Shown piece by piece: positions 13,713 to 27,100 of a stretch of 64,000 nucleotides of DNA; within the stretch, counting starts at the first letter, position 1; each line of letters begins with the position of its first letter. The stretch covers positions 248,001-312,000 of the forward strand of contig NMRA01000048.1 in NCBI GenBank assembly GCA_002633005.1, read 5' to 3'. A program made the position numbers and the translations under genes. This stretch comes from Phoronis australis. Taxonomy: Eukaryota; Animalia; Phoronida. Below the pieces are notes generated by a model, which was given only the letters and a program-made list of their open reading frames with translations, was not told the DNA's origin and did no database searches.

Positions 13713-13929
13713 CTGTAAGGAAAGTGAGTGAACCTGTTTAATTAGCATGTCTCAGTTTATGTAAATACTGATTGGTTGTGGAGATGGATACAGTGTGGGG
13801 TGGGTAAATAAGACCTATCGGTGAATGGCAAAAATAAACTTTGCTCTAGTAGTGAATTTTGTCTAATTGGTAAATGTATTTTTCCTTTAGAAACAGTGTT
13901 TAAGCGACCAGTTGCATTCAAGTATATGG

Positions 13930-14218
13930 TTAAATCTGCAATTTGTCCTGCTTGGCTGGCTAAAAAAAAATATCTAAATCTTTAAATCTCATGAAATTGG
14001 TCTCATTGGCGGTGATCAGCTTCTATTTCCGTTACTAACTCAGGTCAGATGCATTACGTACTGGCGCCATATTTAAACGGATGGTCTCATTGTTCGAGTT
14101 GGTAACGGAAATAGAATCCTATCATGGCACGGAATATTACAAGATTGATTTTGTGAGATTTAAAGGCCAACTTTGATATTCATTTTTTAAGCCACCTAAA
14201 CAGAGTGCAAGCATCTTT
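13930..14218. mobile_element. Degenerate palindromic MITE; related half copy at ~54410-54525
   Basis: ttctatttccgttactaactc pairs with gagttggtaacggaaatagaa. Outer arms are imperfectly complementary. Confidence 0.6.
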
Positions 14219-14860
14219 AACACACCAGAGCGCTCAAATCAAAATATCTGGGTGATCTTTATATACAAGTTAACCATGTTAACAATGTGCATTAGATTTG
14301 GACTGATAAGGACACAGCAATGACCTCAAGTCTGTGGGCGCATACAAGCAAAGAATTAACAGGCCATAAGTCAGGAAATTACAAAATTCTAATGATATTT
14401 TAATGGCCTTCAGCAGTCCAATGCCATAACTTCAAAGGGACCTTGTGGTAAGATTCTAACACCACCATAATGAGACTGAAACATCTAGCCAGTAACATTC
14501 ATAATCTGCCCCCCCCCCTTCCCCTACCCCAAGGCTGCAAATGTGTGTTCACTGTGAGGGTACCAACAGCATTCCTCATAGCCTTCACAGGGACTTCAGT
14601 AGGTTCAATCCCTGAAAACAGCATTACAGTGAGCTAACACTCCTGGTAAGTCCACTAATGGTGTTTTTTGTTTGCTCACTGACCAGGAGTCTGAGAAGGG
14701 GTGCTCTGAGCATTTGTACACAACAGTAACAACTTGATGATTGTTGGAGAGGTCTTGATATTACATAACACCACTGCTGGGGATTGCACACTGGGGGAAA
14801 TGGCCTTGTCAGTGTTGCATGGCCTAATGGACGGTCATAACAGGTTGGGTAAGTCCACAT

Positions 14861-14970
14861 CAGAATTAGATTAATAACGCCACAGTTGCAAGATACTTAT
14901 CTGACACAACTGTCCAGAGAATTAGATTAATAACACTATGGTTGCAAGATACTTATCTGACAGAACTGTC
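14861..14970. repeat. Two-copy ~55 bp tandem repeat
   Basis: gaattagattaataac...gttgcaagatacttatctgaca.aactgtc occurs twice. Confidence 0.85.
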
Positions 14971-16545
14971 TATGATAATTGAACATAAGTGAATGATTTT
15001 GTTATTTTGAAAATAGCTATTGACTATTTTTAGAAACCAGTCAATGGTACTTTACCATAGGCACACTGCAGCGTGTGCACTCAGATAAAAGCTGTAGATA
15101 GAACTAATTTGCAATTTTAATGATAACCAATAAGTTGGGTAATTTTCACTTCCCCGCTGAGAAAAATCAAAAATAAAATCAAACATGAAATAATCCTTTT
15201 GTAACACTGTTATGCAAACCACGTGTCACTATGACAACAAGGAATAATATTCAATTATCACAAAACGTTTTCACAGGTTTTAATACCATTAAGGATTTCA
15301 TTCTAAATGAAACAACAGAAGCTAGCTACACTGAACAGGATTTCAGTATTTTGTAAGCAGATGCCGACATAACCCAATCGATTCAAAGAAACGTAACCCC
15401 AGTCCTTGTTGGGATAAATTACCCACAAAAAATGACAATCAGACTGCTAAATTATTCTTAAATTAGTCACAATTGTCTGTTCCCTCGTGATTTAAAAAAA
15501 AAACACGCCACTGGGCCAGACTCTGATTTGGTTTTTACTGATATTTACGTAGGTGTTCCACAGGAAATAGGTGACTAGAAATCCATGTGGTAGACGCGTT
15601 GACCTAATGGATTCAGTCTGCTAACTAGGATCTTTCAAAGGATATAAAAAATGGCTGAAATTCCTTAACCAAGTTTCATGACCTGGGCTCCATCTACAGC
15701 AGGTCCCGCTGTGTCATGAAAACTGAGGAACAACTAACAATGATTGACATGAGCACTAATATACACAATAAGTTATGAAGGAACAATATATGCTTGTGAG
15801 TTTGTGAATGGTCTTCTGTCATTTAACATTGCATTACTTGGGTAAGCACTGTTTGATAGAATTTGGAAATCAACAGGGATCGTTTCATTTTTGTTTCTTT
15901 TCAAATTTCCCGTCTAGTTGTTCACATGACTCACTAGGTGGTCACATGGTTAATACTGGAGTGGGCCACATTCTGAATCTACAGTAAAATTCACAATTTG
16001 GGACACACAAGTGAAACTAATTTCTTCATTTTTTTCTAGAAAGAGAAGTATCACCATGGTAACACTTCAACATGTTAAAGTTCTATACCATAGTTACCGT
16101 CTCACAATGTTTTATAACTCCGGCCATTCACATAAGAGTTAATGGGCTTTGAAAAATCAAAAAAGATTCATTTGGACTATTACTTTTGTCCGAAATCGGT
16201 GTTGTCATTGGCGCACTAGGTCATTCAGACGCGGCGGACTTTGCATTTCTCAAATGAATCACTGGTTGTCTGATACAATCCTAGTATTGCGAGTATTGCT
16301 ATATCAACATCCTAGTGGTGTATACTGCTTCATAGATTAATCCTTCATAATGCGGTATAAATGCCAAGATTTATTGTCATGAACTTGGGAGAAGTTGACA
16401 GTGGTCAGACAGTCATCATCAATAAACTACATTTAACTAATACTGCCTTTAGTAGTCATCACCAATATCATTGCATCATCAATCACCATAGCTACATTGG
16501 TTCTGTCCATGGCAATGTCTGAAAGCAACAAGAGTAGAGTCTTAC

Positions 16546-16782
16546 CAGCGGGGTTGTACGGTGTTCCCCCGGTGCAGGCACTGACTAGGTACGGGGGCTC
16601 CACAGGCACTTGAGGTATATCTGGGTCAATCTCTGCATAGACGCGTGACGAGGCCACTGATCGCCGGTCAAAGCTTCTCATTCTGACCGGTAGGAGGTCT
16701 TCCTCCAGAGGAGGTGGCGGTATTGGTGGGGGCGGTGCTGGCATCGACGGTAGTGTTGAAGGCAGAGTTGATGTCTCAGCAT
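16546..16782 (-). CDS. Internal coding exon (237 nt, phase 1-1), proline-rich with VYAEI motif
   Basis: ctcctttccag| acceptor and CTG|gtaaga donor. Open frame DAETSTLPSTLPSMPAPPPPIPPPPLEEDLLPVRMRSFDRRSVASSRVYAEIDPDIPQVPVEPPYLVSACTGGTPYNPA. Confidence 0.92.
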
Positions 16783-17766
16783 CTGGAAAGGAGGTTAAAT
16801 GGGATTTGAAGTTAATTATTCAAAAGATTGTAAATTCTCTTTATGGATAATATTTGTTACTGCAACAGTCAAACCCCAGACTTTCCGCAAGCTGAAACAA
16901 ACTCATGAATCGAGGCTCACTTATCCAAACAATATATTTTTCACACACTTTTGTGACCCCGGCTTTTTTTGGCTTTCTTGTCAATTTCCCCAGCCAAAGA
17001 ATGTATTTTGGGGGTTATTGACGGATGGGATGTACCTTTGGAATTGACTAGCTTTGACAACTACAAATCAACAAAATATAATGTGTTTGCGGTTTTATTA
17101 CAAATAACCAATTCTACTTGGTATCTGCCAGACATTCACTGTCACTGCATGGGATTTAGCTCCGCCATCAGAGCAGCCATGAGAGCAGCCATCAGAGTGT
17201 TAGGCTGTGACTGAGGCTGATCTCAGAAAATAACTTGTTCACCGATAATGTCCCTTTAAAAGACCCGAAGGCATGAAAGCAGAATGACAGTCCTACCTTT
17301 CAATTTAGAATGCTACTCAGCTTAATCGCAACAAAACAACAACTGAACAACACAACTTTCTTTTCACTTAAAAAACACTAATTCCAAACAAAGATACTAT
17401 AGTGACCCAAGTAAAATGCTGAACAATACATCCCTGATAAACTCTCAAAGCCAAATATCTATGTGTACTAGTAAGCTGGTCCATAATGAGAGTAGTGCAA
17501 CAAATAGGCGGGCAAACCCAAATGCCAGCAAATATAATTCAATTGACCAGATGAAGAAAGACAGCGGCAACTAGAAACTCAATGTTGACCACCCCAGACC
17601 ATGAATACATACACACAAGATATCTGGCCCAAATCTTTAAAAAAATCCGACAAATCGTGACAAAATCCTCCGAAAAACATTCGCAATCAGAACAAATGAT
17701 ATAAACAAACCTTTCCATTTCTTTTTAGCTGGTGGAGAGAATTTTCTCATTTCCATACTCACATAC

Positions 17767-17818
17767 ATGGCCAATGTCTACGAAAACCTGTGCAAGCCAC
17801 TGAAGAAACGAGACCCAT
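17767..17818 (-). CDS. Candidate alternative first exon MGLVSSVACTGFRRHWP (phase 1), or a small cassette exon in the same stretch
   Basis: ATG at 17818 and CAT|gtatgt donor give phase 1, matching exon 16782. An overlapping gtgagt donor and three internal acceptors allow 15/21/33-nt cassette alternatives. Confidence 0.4.
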
Positions 17819-20800
17819 ATGTCCAGAGCCTGACAGGACTTGGTTTACTAATCACCCAACAGAGAGGAAATACGATAATGCCAGCTATTGTATCAAACTC
17901 AGTGGTTATCCCATGTGTGACCAGAGGGAGGGAGAATGAGTGAGTTGAGCCAGAAACGAGAGACAATAATGACCTGATCAACATCGGTTCAGAAATAGAT
18001 TAAAAGGTGAAGACTACAACTTATGTGAGGTCAATACAAATTACAGAAACTTGAGACAACTTGTATGACGGAAAACGGGAAATAACTGATATCGAATGAT
18101 TGAAAATCAGTGTTTGAGATGAAATTTATGCTGCACTGATAATTGATGTCATGGATAAAACATTTTTAATGTCCAATACACATGTTAGGATGAACTTTCT
18201 TTAATTTCGAAACTGACAATATGGCAGAAAAACGCAATATATTTAGACAGATATTTCAATGAAACTAAAAAAAATAAAATTCATTTCATTGTTACTAAGG
18301 TTTGTACTATCAACCGTGAGTCATAAAAAAGCGTGGTAACATTTTGAGCATTATTGTAGGAACACAGCAAGTCTTTGCAAAATGGTAGTGTACAACTAAT
18401 ATAATTATGTTTCAATGAAATTGAAATAAATTTACTGTAAAATGTATTATCCCATGACCAACAGACATAGCTGACAAGGTCAACATTGGGCAGCTCGGTA
18501 GCTAAATGTTTCAATTCAAGTGTGTTCAGGACTATACTTAATTTGTTGAAAATGTTCAGATTACTTTGGGCGATCTTAATATACAGTAGATATCCCCTGA
18601 GTGAAGACGCGGAACAAAGAGAGAGGCACACTGGGATTGAACAAAAAACGGCAGCCTATCGCCTACAATAATATTTACTATCAAACACAAGTTTATTTTT
18701 GTAAGAGACTATGGGGCGACTGGACCTCCAAATCAGCATGCTGCCGGCTGTTTTAATCAACTGAAAACTATGTGCAAACATGCCTGTAAATGAGAACTCA
18801 TCTACACCATCATTCACATACTGAACCAAGTTTGGAAACTTTTGTTGTGCAATACATACACACTCACAGGCAATAGACGGAGCAGTGCATTAGACTGCAG
18901 AGCGAAATGTAGTATTTTGGAATTCTTTGGGAACAAATTGAAACATTTTTGCACGAGCACAACAAACAGAGTAGACAAAAACGCAGTAACAAATTCTTTC
19001 CTCCTCAAAAACTGGCCTGTTTTGCAAATGCTTAAGCTTATTCATCTTGAATGTTGCAAATGTTTCTAGAGCATTTTCGGTCCAAGTCCATGCGGGAATA
19101 AAAAATATGGTACTTCACAACTCCTTAACAGCTCCTGCACTCAGACTAGCTGTGATAACCAGGGCATGTAAGCAAACAAAACAACAGCTCCACCTAGGGA
19201 ATACATTAACAACTACTCCAAGGAGTAAAAACACAATTAGCAACTACACTTGATGTGCAATTCAAATACAAGCAAACTACTGACCCTTCTCATAACTATT
19301 TCATAACAGGAAGGAATGAATCAAAATCTGCAATCACAAATCAATTCGGATTTCCCACGTTTTTGTGAGAGAGATGTGCAACTTGGCCGCTGCTGCAAAG
19401 ATTTCCAATAATATCTGACGTAACAACACCACGTTGGAGTGTGTGATTAATTTTGTGATGCAAACGCATAATCGCACCATTCAAGATTACAGGCGGCAAC
19501 GACCAGCTAATCAAGACACTTAATTCACGGGTACGTGGTTAATTATCCATCCATGTAAATACAACCAAAAGCTGTGGCTGTTGGCAAAGCCGTTTCAGGC
19601 AGTCATGCAGCATTACGGCTGCCTGCAGCAATTTTACGGTTGCTGTCATCAGTGAAAAAGTTGCAAAAAGAAACAAGGTCGAATCACAATGCAGCATGCT
19701 TTACAAAATTCCAGTAAGTTCCAGTACAATGCAAACCAAAGACTGATCAACCACAATTATGTAGTTATCTATTCATTTCACACAAAAATGATTACCAAAA
19801 TTGACATTTTGTCCATTTTTCAAAGTCTGATAACTTTGCTACAAATAGTGGAAACTTCACCAAATGTTTCATGACATATACACATACAAACTAGGCTAGT
19901 AAAAGAAAAAACATTCTTAATCTTTGTTTTTGTGGGAATTTGTCAAAAAATAAAATTTCTGTTGTCCACTATGGTGTGTTTAACAGATGAAGAATTATCG
20001 TAACACAAAATTATCAACGCAGCAGAAATTAAGCTCTACCTACACATTTTAATTTGTTTATACAATTTTGAATATGACATGTAGACCATTGTCTACGGAC
20101 TACAACCGGTCATACAATTTTATATTGGACCAAGGTCTATGCACTCCAATTTCTATATACAGTTTCATGTATGACTTCTTAGCTCTAGAGCTGAAGGTGC
20201 TGGGACACCTTTTTACACACTCCTGAAGTACAAAGTTATGTGTAAACAGAGCTTTATTCCTACCAGCAACTGTTGCAGAAACAAAAAAATTTTGTCATCA
20301 AGATAATAAAGTTGCATAATTTGCCCCCTTCACCTGACTTAACTCTGACACTGTGTAAACTGCGATGTCAGCTGAACCTTTCAGACTGGCTTCGGTAGTT
20401 AGTGAAAACTGTACTTATTGCAAATTGATATATGAGTCATTAAAGTTATCACGAGATGGCACTCCGAAAACATTAATAAATAAATAAATAAATGATTTTT
20501 TTAAAATTTAAAGTACCTTTTGTGTAGTCAGATCATAAAAGAAATGAAGCGCTTACAGTGGCAGATCAGTAGATAGTTGAAAAAATAATCAAATAATAGC
20601 ACAACACGTGCAAGTTATCGAGCGCAGAACTTGCTGACAACTCCAATGACACCAGACTTCAGTTTTCATACCGCATCCAAGCATAAACGCTCCAGTGTTA
20701 ATCCACCCATTCATTGCCAAGAGAACTGGGGCTCTCAACAACTTTCATTCCAAACAGGAGTTATTAATCATTCATAACAAATGACCTGCTCCAAAACATC

Positions 20801-21648
20801 GACTAATCAACTTTAGAATGAAAGGCCCCATGTATAGAGTACTTACACAATAGCCAAATTATGCTGCTGTGGCCATGACCGAAACACGGCCATGGAGGAA
20901 CATATTCAAAGAAAAAATGCTGACACACACTTGTCAAGCATATTTCTTTATCTCGTACACATATGCAAGCTCTCAAGAAAAAGAATACACTACACGCTCG
21001 CAACTCAAATGTGATTTACCAACATTTCCTGAAACGTTTCAGGCGAGCAATTACGTGGTGTAATTTAATTCCAGGTGGACCTTTAGCCAATATCCGTTAG
21101 ACGATAGGCGTTGAGACAATAAGTCTGGCTGGGTGAGGGCAACTCAAGAAACGTGACAACACTGCATTATTTGATACAGCTCAGCCGTGAAGACAGAAGG
21201 GATTTGAGAACTACAGAACGCAGACCCTGTCCAGATATTTCAAGAGATTTCAATAACAACGATTCAACCGAGTGAATGAAATTTACGCTCTGAGCAGTGA
21301 AATGCATTAAATGTGCTTAATACTAACTGAGGAACACTGGGAGCTGGTGCCGCAGACCTATTGTAAGCCATTAATTAGAAATGTCAGCCATTTTATTCAT
21401 TGTGTAGTGAATTTTTTAACCTGGAAGCCCCAGGGAAAAGGTAAATAAGTTTGTGCACTTTCACGACTTGCTGCAAATATACACAGAGGAATAAGGAGAA
21501 CTCGCCTTAAAGTTCTACGAGTAGCAATCTCTACCAGGTAGCAGTGTTGAGTCAAGTGCGTTCAGATTTTTTATATCAACAAATTCACTCAGCAGAGTAC
21601 TGCCCAAGATTGAGGCAAAATCTTGTACAAAAAAAATCGCGATCTTAC

Positions 21649-21915
21649 CTCTAACATTATCTCGTGTTAGAGTTTTGTCAGTATAATCCGTTCCGGCATC
21701 ACTCAGCGACAAGTGTGATTGACAGTTAGCTTGATCCTCGGATGACAACGAACTCTGCGACCCGTGACCTAAACGGCTCCATGTATCCTTTGGCCCCATT
21801 TGATTGTCCGTTTCAATGTCGCCCTCTGACCCACTCAGGTACGTGTATAAACGATTCATTCCACCAACATCAGAGGTATCTAGTGGAGAGATGGTGCTCT
21901 CATCTGTGGTAAGAC
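21649..21915 (-). CDS. Internal coding exon (267 nt, phase 1-1)
   Basis: ttttccag| acceptor and AG|gtaaga donor. Open frame GLTTDESTISPLDTSDVGGMNRLYTYLSGSEGDIETD...TDKTLTRDNVR. GC/CpG elevated versus flanks. Confidence 0.9.
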
Positions 21916-23404
21916 CTGGAAAATATAATTTTTAAACAATTTAATAAAATCGAAGAAATGCAAAATCCACACTGGGTTCTCACAATGGCTGCCACTCATG
22001 TCTACGCAAAGTTAAGAGAACAAATATAATAAATGCATCAGGAGCCTAGCAATGTCAAATGCAGTGTATTCACCTTCCAACCCCATAATATGGCAGTCAA
22101 GTTATTTTTTCTTAAAAAATTCTCCCTTTCTGATATTTTGGCAATTACATATCTTTTATTCAAAATAAATGAAAAACTACCTTGATGGCGTTTATGATGT
22201 TATAACTGTCAAAAATTACAAGAACTACCATTGCATCACCATTACATTATTACTAAGTTTTGCTATCACCATCGCCATCATCACCCTGTCGCAAGCTTTT
22301 CAAATATTTAAACTTCGTTATTTTCGTCAATTTTACAAGTTATCCCTCCACAGCAAGTACCCTAGGTTTATATAAATACCTCACCCCACACAAGTTGTTC
22401 TTATAACAACTTGTTCTGGTGCTAGGAAACTGCACACTTGCTGTGCTGATATTTTCCAAGTATTTCTCACACTGAGACTCTTGTCATTGAAAAACAATCC
22501 ATCAGTCAGCATAACTCTTCAAAAAACATGTTCCAATGTCAGTGTACACGGAAGATTGCTCAGCTGATGCCATTAGCAAATTTAGCCACTGAATGAAGCA
22601 ACAAATACAACAACACAAATAAGAAAAAAAAATACAAAATTTCATTTTCTAAAGAACAATTAACTTCCCTAAGGCACAGCAAATCTCACAACTTTTGGAC
22701 AAAAATAATTGCCAAAAATTGATCTTTTGCACATGTCATGGGTGATTCATGTGAATGCCTACATTTTTTTCAAAATAATGTTCTTAGGTAGCTATGGTAG
22801 CAGAGCTTGAACATACAAAGGTGTTAATTTGGTGATACGTATCTTTGATGGTAAAAAATGAGATTTCACTTGTATACCGCACTATGTCCTAAATTGGTGA
22901 GATAACACGGCAACACTCCAGGCTGAAACAATAATTAAATACACTAACTGAATACTCAAGATTCTGAGGTGAAATCTGGTGAATAAAAAGGTTTGTTAAG
23001 GCCTACAAGATGACCATCAGTAATCTGTTAATAACATACCATACAAGAAGCACTTGCCTGGCATCCTCAGACCAAGGCAGATAACAATTAACTAAACTTG
23101 AACATCAAAGACAGCACTGCTGAGCATAACACTCAATTATGAGAATGAGGCAGTGGTCAAATGAGATCATTCTAATGGAAGGATTATCAGCGATAAACTG
23201 CCATCAGTTTTAAGTGCAAAATGTGCGAATTATATTGATGGTCAATTAATGGGTCTACACAACAATTGGTAATGTTTTGCCTTGATCACCACGTTAAAGA
23301 TGGAGATTGTTTAGAAAGAAGATTTTTGCAGCAAACATATAGAGTTCTAAGTCAAGTTTACAATGATTCCTATTTCACTAAGTGTGATGCTTCTGTTGCA
23401 TCCT

Positions 23405-23630
23405 ACGCTAAAAAATTTCATTTTGGGACACAATATGGCAGACAAATGAAATCTTATTTTGTCAATTTCTGAGCAAAAATAACTTTTCAGGGAAAATGTA
23501 CTTTGCTCTTAGCATGGTTTGTATGAAGTACCTATTATCAAACATTTGGTGAAACTTTGAACGTTTGTAACAATGTGGCACGCCTCTGAAAATGGCATTT
23601 TAGCAATTATTTTTGTCCCAAATTGAAGAA
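23405..23630 (+). repeat. Old dispersed repeat family B (copies also at ~2290-2500, 22680-22900 reversed, 33610-33805 reversed, 47870-48090, 58735-58800)
   Basis: Shared motifs cacaatatggc(a/c)gacaa(a/g)tgaaat, agcatggtttgta and gcaattatttttg recognisable by eye. Confidence 0.6.
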
Positions 23631-23743
23631 CTGTTACCGCAGTCAGCGATTCACTATTTCTACTAAAACTGGATAATAGTCATTTAAAGGGCTCCCCACA
23701 TTTTTAAAATCAGTTTTCTCCACTGAATAACTGGCATCTACAC

Positions 23744-24161
23744 TTAAGTCCCGTCTACACACAGCCTACCCTAGAACACTTTGCGCTAGTGCAACTTACA
23801 CCACTTCCAAATGGAGTGTCCACACACTCGTATCCGCTAACTAGAGTAAGGTGGAAGTTGTCGCTCTGTGCGTGTTAATGAACACCTAAAGCGAGTACGG
23901 TGCGCAAAGGAAAACTCGTCTGTATGTAACCACAGCTGATAATTACTTCTGCTCTACCCCGGTTATGCGGCCACACAGCGATGACAGGTGGCGCAAGTTA
24001 CCCTAGAACAAGCTACCCTACCTCCATAATGTGGAGCAAGTTGTCACAAGTGGGGTAAGTTGCGCCAGTTAAAATCACGTCCAGACAGCACTCAAGCCTA
24101 GCAACAACTCGCTCCAGGAGTAATTTGTTCTAGGGTAAGTCTGTGTGTATACAGCACTTAA
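23744..24161. mobile_element. ~410 bp MITE with ~35 bp imperfect TIRs flanked by TTAA
   Basis: Left end ttaagtcccgtctacacacagcctaccctagaaca. Right end (reverse complement) ttaagtgctgtatacacacagacttaccctagaaca. Internal accctagaaca subrepeat, higher GC. Confidence 0.75.
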
Positions 24162-27100
24162 ATGAGCAAATGTGGCATCAAATTGTAATTGAACAAGTGA
24201 CATTCATCGACCAACAGAACACTTGGCTGTATTCTAATCCTGATACAAAACCAACAGCACTTGATGTTAACTGTCACCCATCAACAATAAACAATTTCAA
24301 AAAGACAGGCATTATTGTCAAAGTCAAAGTTGTAAAGTTGCACTGTACAATGTAAGTTAGTCAATTAATTTTGCTGAAGACAGGAGTTCAAGGGAGACTG
24401 TCAAAAACTTCACAAAAACCACAGTAGATACTACTTCACTATATCAATATAGTAAAGTGGCAAAGAGTCACAGTAACCCTCAATTGATTGTCCTATGGTG
24501 ATGAGAGCTAAATCAAACAGCTGCAGATAGGAGGGCAGTGAACTGGAAGAGGTATTTCAGCCAGCATGAAATAACAAGTGTGAAAAGAGCTGTTAATGGA
24601 CTCAACACAATGGGAAGCAAATGGCAGTTTGTGTTTTTCCAAGTATTGTATGTAACAAAGCAATGCTAAAAAAGGCAGACGTGCAGCTTTTGTGTCGTCG
24701 AGTTTCATGGTCTGCTCATGAAGTCAGCAGCTCCGTGTTGAGCGTGAAATTGTCAATACCTTTGGAAATGCATTAAACACGGGGAAATAATGCGGCATTA
24801 ACAAATCAATTTTAAAAAAAGAGCGTACGGCATGACGGAAAATATTGCCAGTTGGACTGGAGCTTACAAACAAATCGTGTTAAGACGAGTGATCTATTTA
24901 AATAATATAATGTCTAGTTCCATTCAACATCAGCACTCCTCCTCAGGTAAATGAGAGGAAATTAGACAATGATGCGAAATTTACAGCATCAAAACCCATA
25001 TTGAAAAGGTTCATAAAACAACAAAGTCTACTCATTAAGAAAACCACAGACTGATGGACATCTCATGCAGCTCTTACCTAACACAGACATTCAAATGACT
25101 GGAGAGAAAACGTTTGTTCATCAAACCCATCAAACCGCTGTATTTAACACCATGCTGTCATGGAAACCTTACCTGTTAATTGCAGATATTATCACATAAT
25201 CTGCTGTCAACGTGACAGAAATCAGAGGATTTGCAAGGAAGTCGTTTTTATCTCCAGCGGTTTCAGCTTCAACTTAAAATCTGATGTAAGAGTGCTATTA
25301 GCTCATTCAGAAATGCCAAGTAGTATTTACTAAAAATCTCCAATTTCACAATCCTAGAGTCACCAGTCTAGATGGTCTATCAGAGACTGGACTTCCATCA
25401 GAAATACAACAGCTAAAAAGTCACTTCACAAGCCAACCATAGAGTCCAAACTAATAAGTGGACAAATGAGAGCTAAGGATTACCTAAAATGAAAATTTCG
25501 TAAAACAAATCTGATCTGGTATCAACGGCTCTAAACTCATTACTGCTCACAAAAAGCTTGAATTTATCATCACTGCCAAATAGATTTAAAGTTTTAAGGC
25601 TTACAGTTTCAGTTATGCCAGTTGCCTGTCAGTCGAATTAGCATAAATCATACAAGCAACAAGTATTGTCTTACAATTCATTTTTGAACAGAATGTGACA
25701 AATGCAATCTCATTTTCCCTGTATACGAAGTTCTGAATCAAAGAACTTACCACAAGTGCTTGACAATGCACCGCAATATAAACTCTGCTACTAGACACGC
25801 TTAAGTAAACGGTAAACTCTCGCCAATTTCAAACTATTTCTGATGCAAGCCTCTTTCATCTTTAAAAAAAATTCGACCATTATTGCGAGTGCCCATAACT
25901 TTTCTAAACCTTGTAGAAAAAGTTAAGGTGGTGAATTATCAACTTGGTGCTACATAATTTTACAAAAAAATGAAACTTGACTCTTCCACCATATTGTGTC
26001 TTAAATTGTGGAGATTTTATGGTAGCCACACCTAGCTAAGGGATAAGACAAAAACACAACATTTCATTCATGCCAATGATAGAATCCTCAGACTTACCTA
26101 CTCAAGGAGACTAGAAACTAACCAAGAATTCAGTGAACTGCACAGCTCTCTGCTCTACAATACAACTAATCTGTTTCTGGGCATGTCAGGTCTGAGGACT
26201 ACAAGGTGCCAGTGAAAACACACACACACACACTGATGTCAACTTTCATAGTTGGAGCTGATAGTTGCTGATGATCTTGAGCTTGGCTTCAAATATTTAC
26301 ATATGGATTCACCACATCTGATGCAAATGTTGGAAAACTAAGAAAATGGGATTCCAGGAAAATGACAATCTCACCTTCAATCTCAATCATTGCCTACAAG
26401 CCATAAACAGAACTCACCCATAAACCACATGTTTGACTCTGATGGGTCAGATATGTCCACAACTGCGGTATTTGGTAAATCCCCGTACTTGATAAATCCC
26501 AACAAAATCCAAACGGGAGATCTTATTAAGCCATTAATGTCTGCATAAACTTAGAACTCCAGCTCTGCTAAGCTCAAGCCAGCCCAGGAGTTTGCGTAAC
26601 TTCAGAAACCAAAGCTCAAGTGTTTCTCAGGGGATTTACGAGTCACTAACACATTTTTGATTCCAAACATGTAAAACGCATCCAACGAGCAATGTCCAGC
26701 TAACCCTGGAGAGAATTTAGCGATTGTCGAGAGTGACCATTGAAAAGCTCAAGACTCTGTCACAGACTGCAGACCTAACAAGCCAAGTAGAACGTGGATA
26801 GAAAAAATATCTTCGTGACGTGACGTGACGTTCTTGTGACTGAAGGAGATTGTCCAATCAATGGTTTAGGATGCTGAAACACATTCTTTGTTTGTGTGTA
26901 CTTTGACAGTGGGAAAATAATCAATGGTCCATTCGGTTGTGTTATTTGTTCAACACTCCGGTGAACACAAATCTATTTTCATGCAGCTAATTGCAATCAG
27001 TTCTGTTTGATATAGTGAGTAGATCTGTGTCACAGTCAATACGCCAACAGGATATCAAAGTGTTTGTAAACAAATGGAATTCTGTTAACGGAAAACTTGC

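Noticed and set aside
15056-15091. 36-nt exon candidate
   Set aside because: In-frame TGA in the required phase and a weak gtaaag donor.
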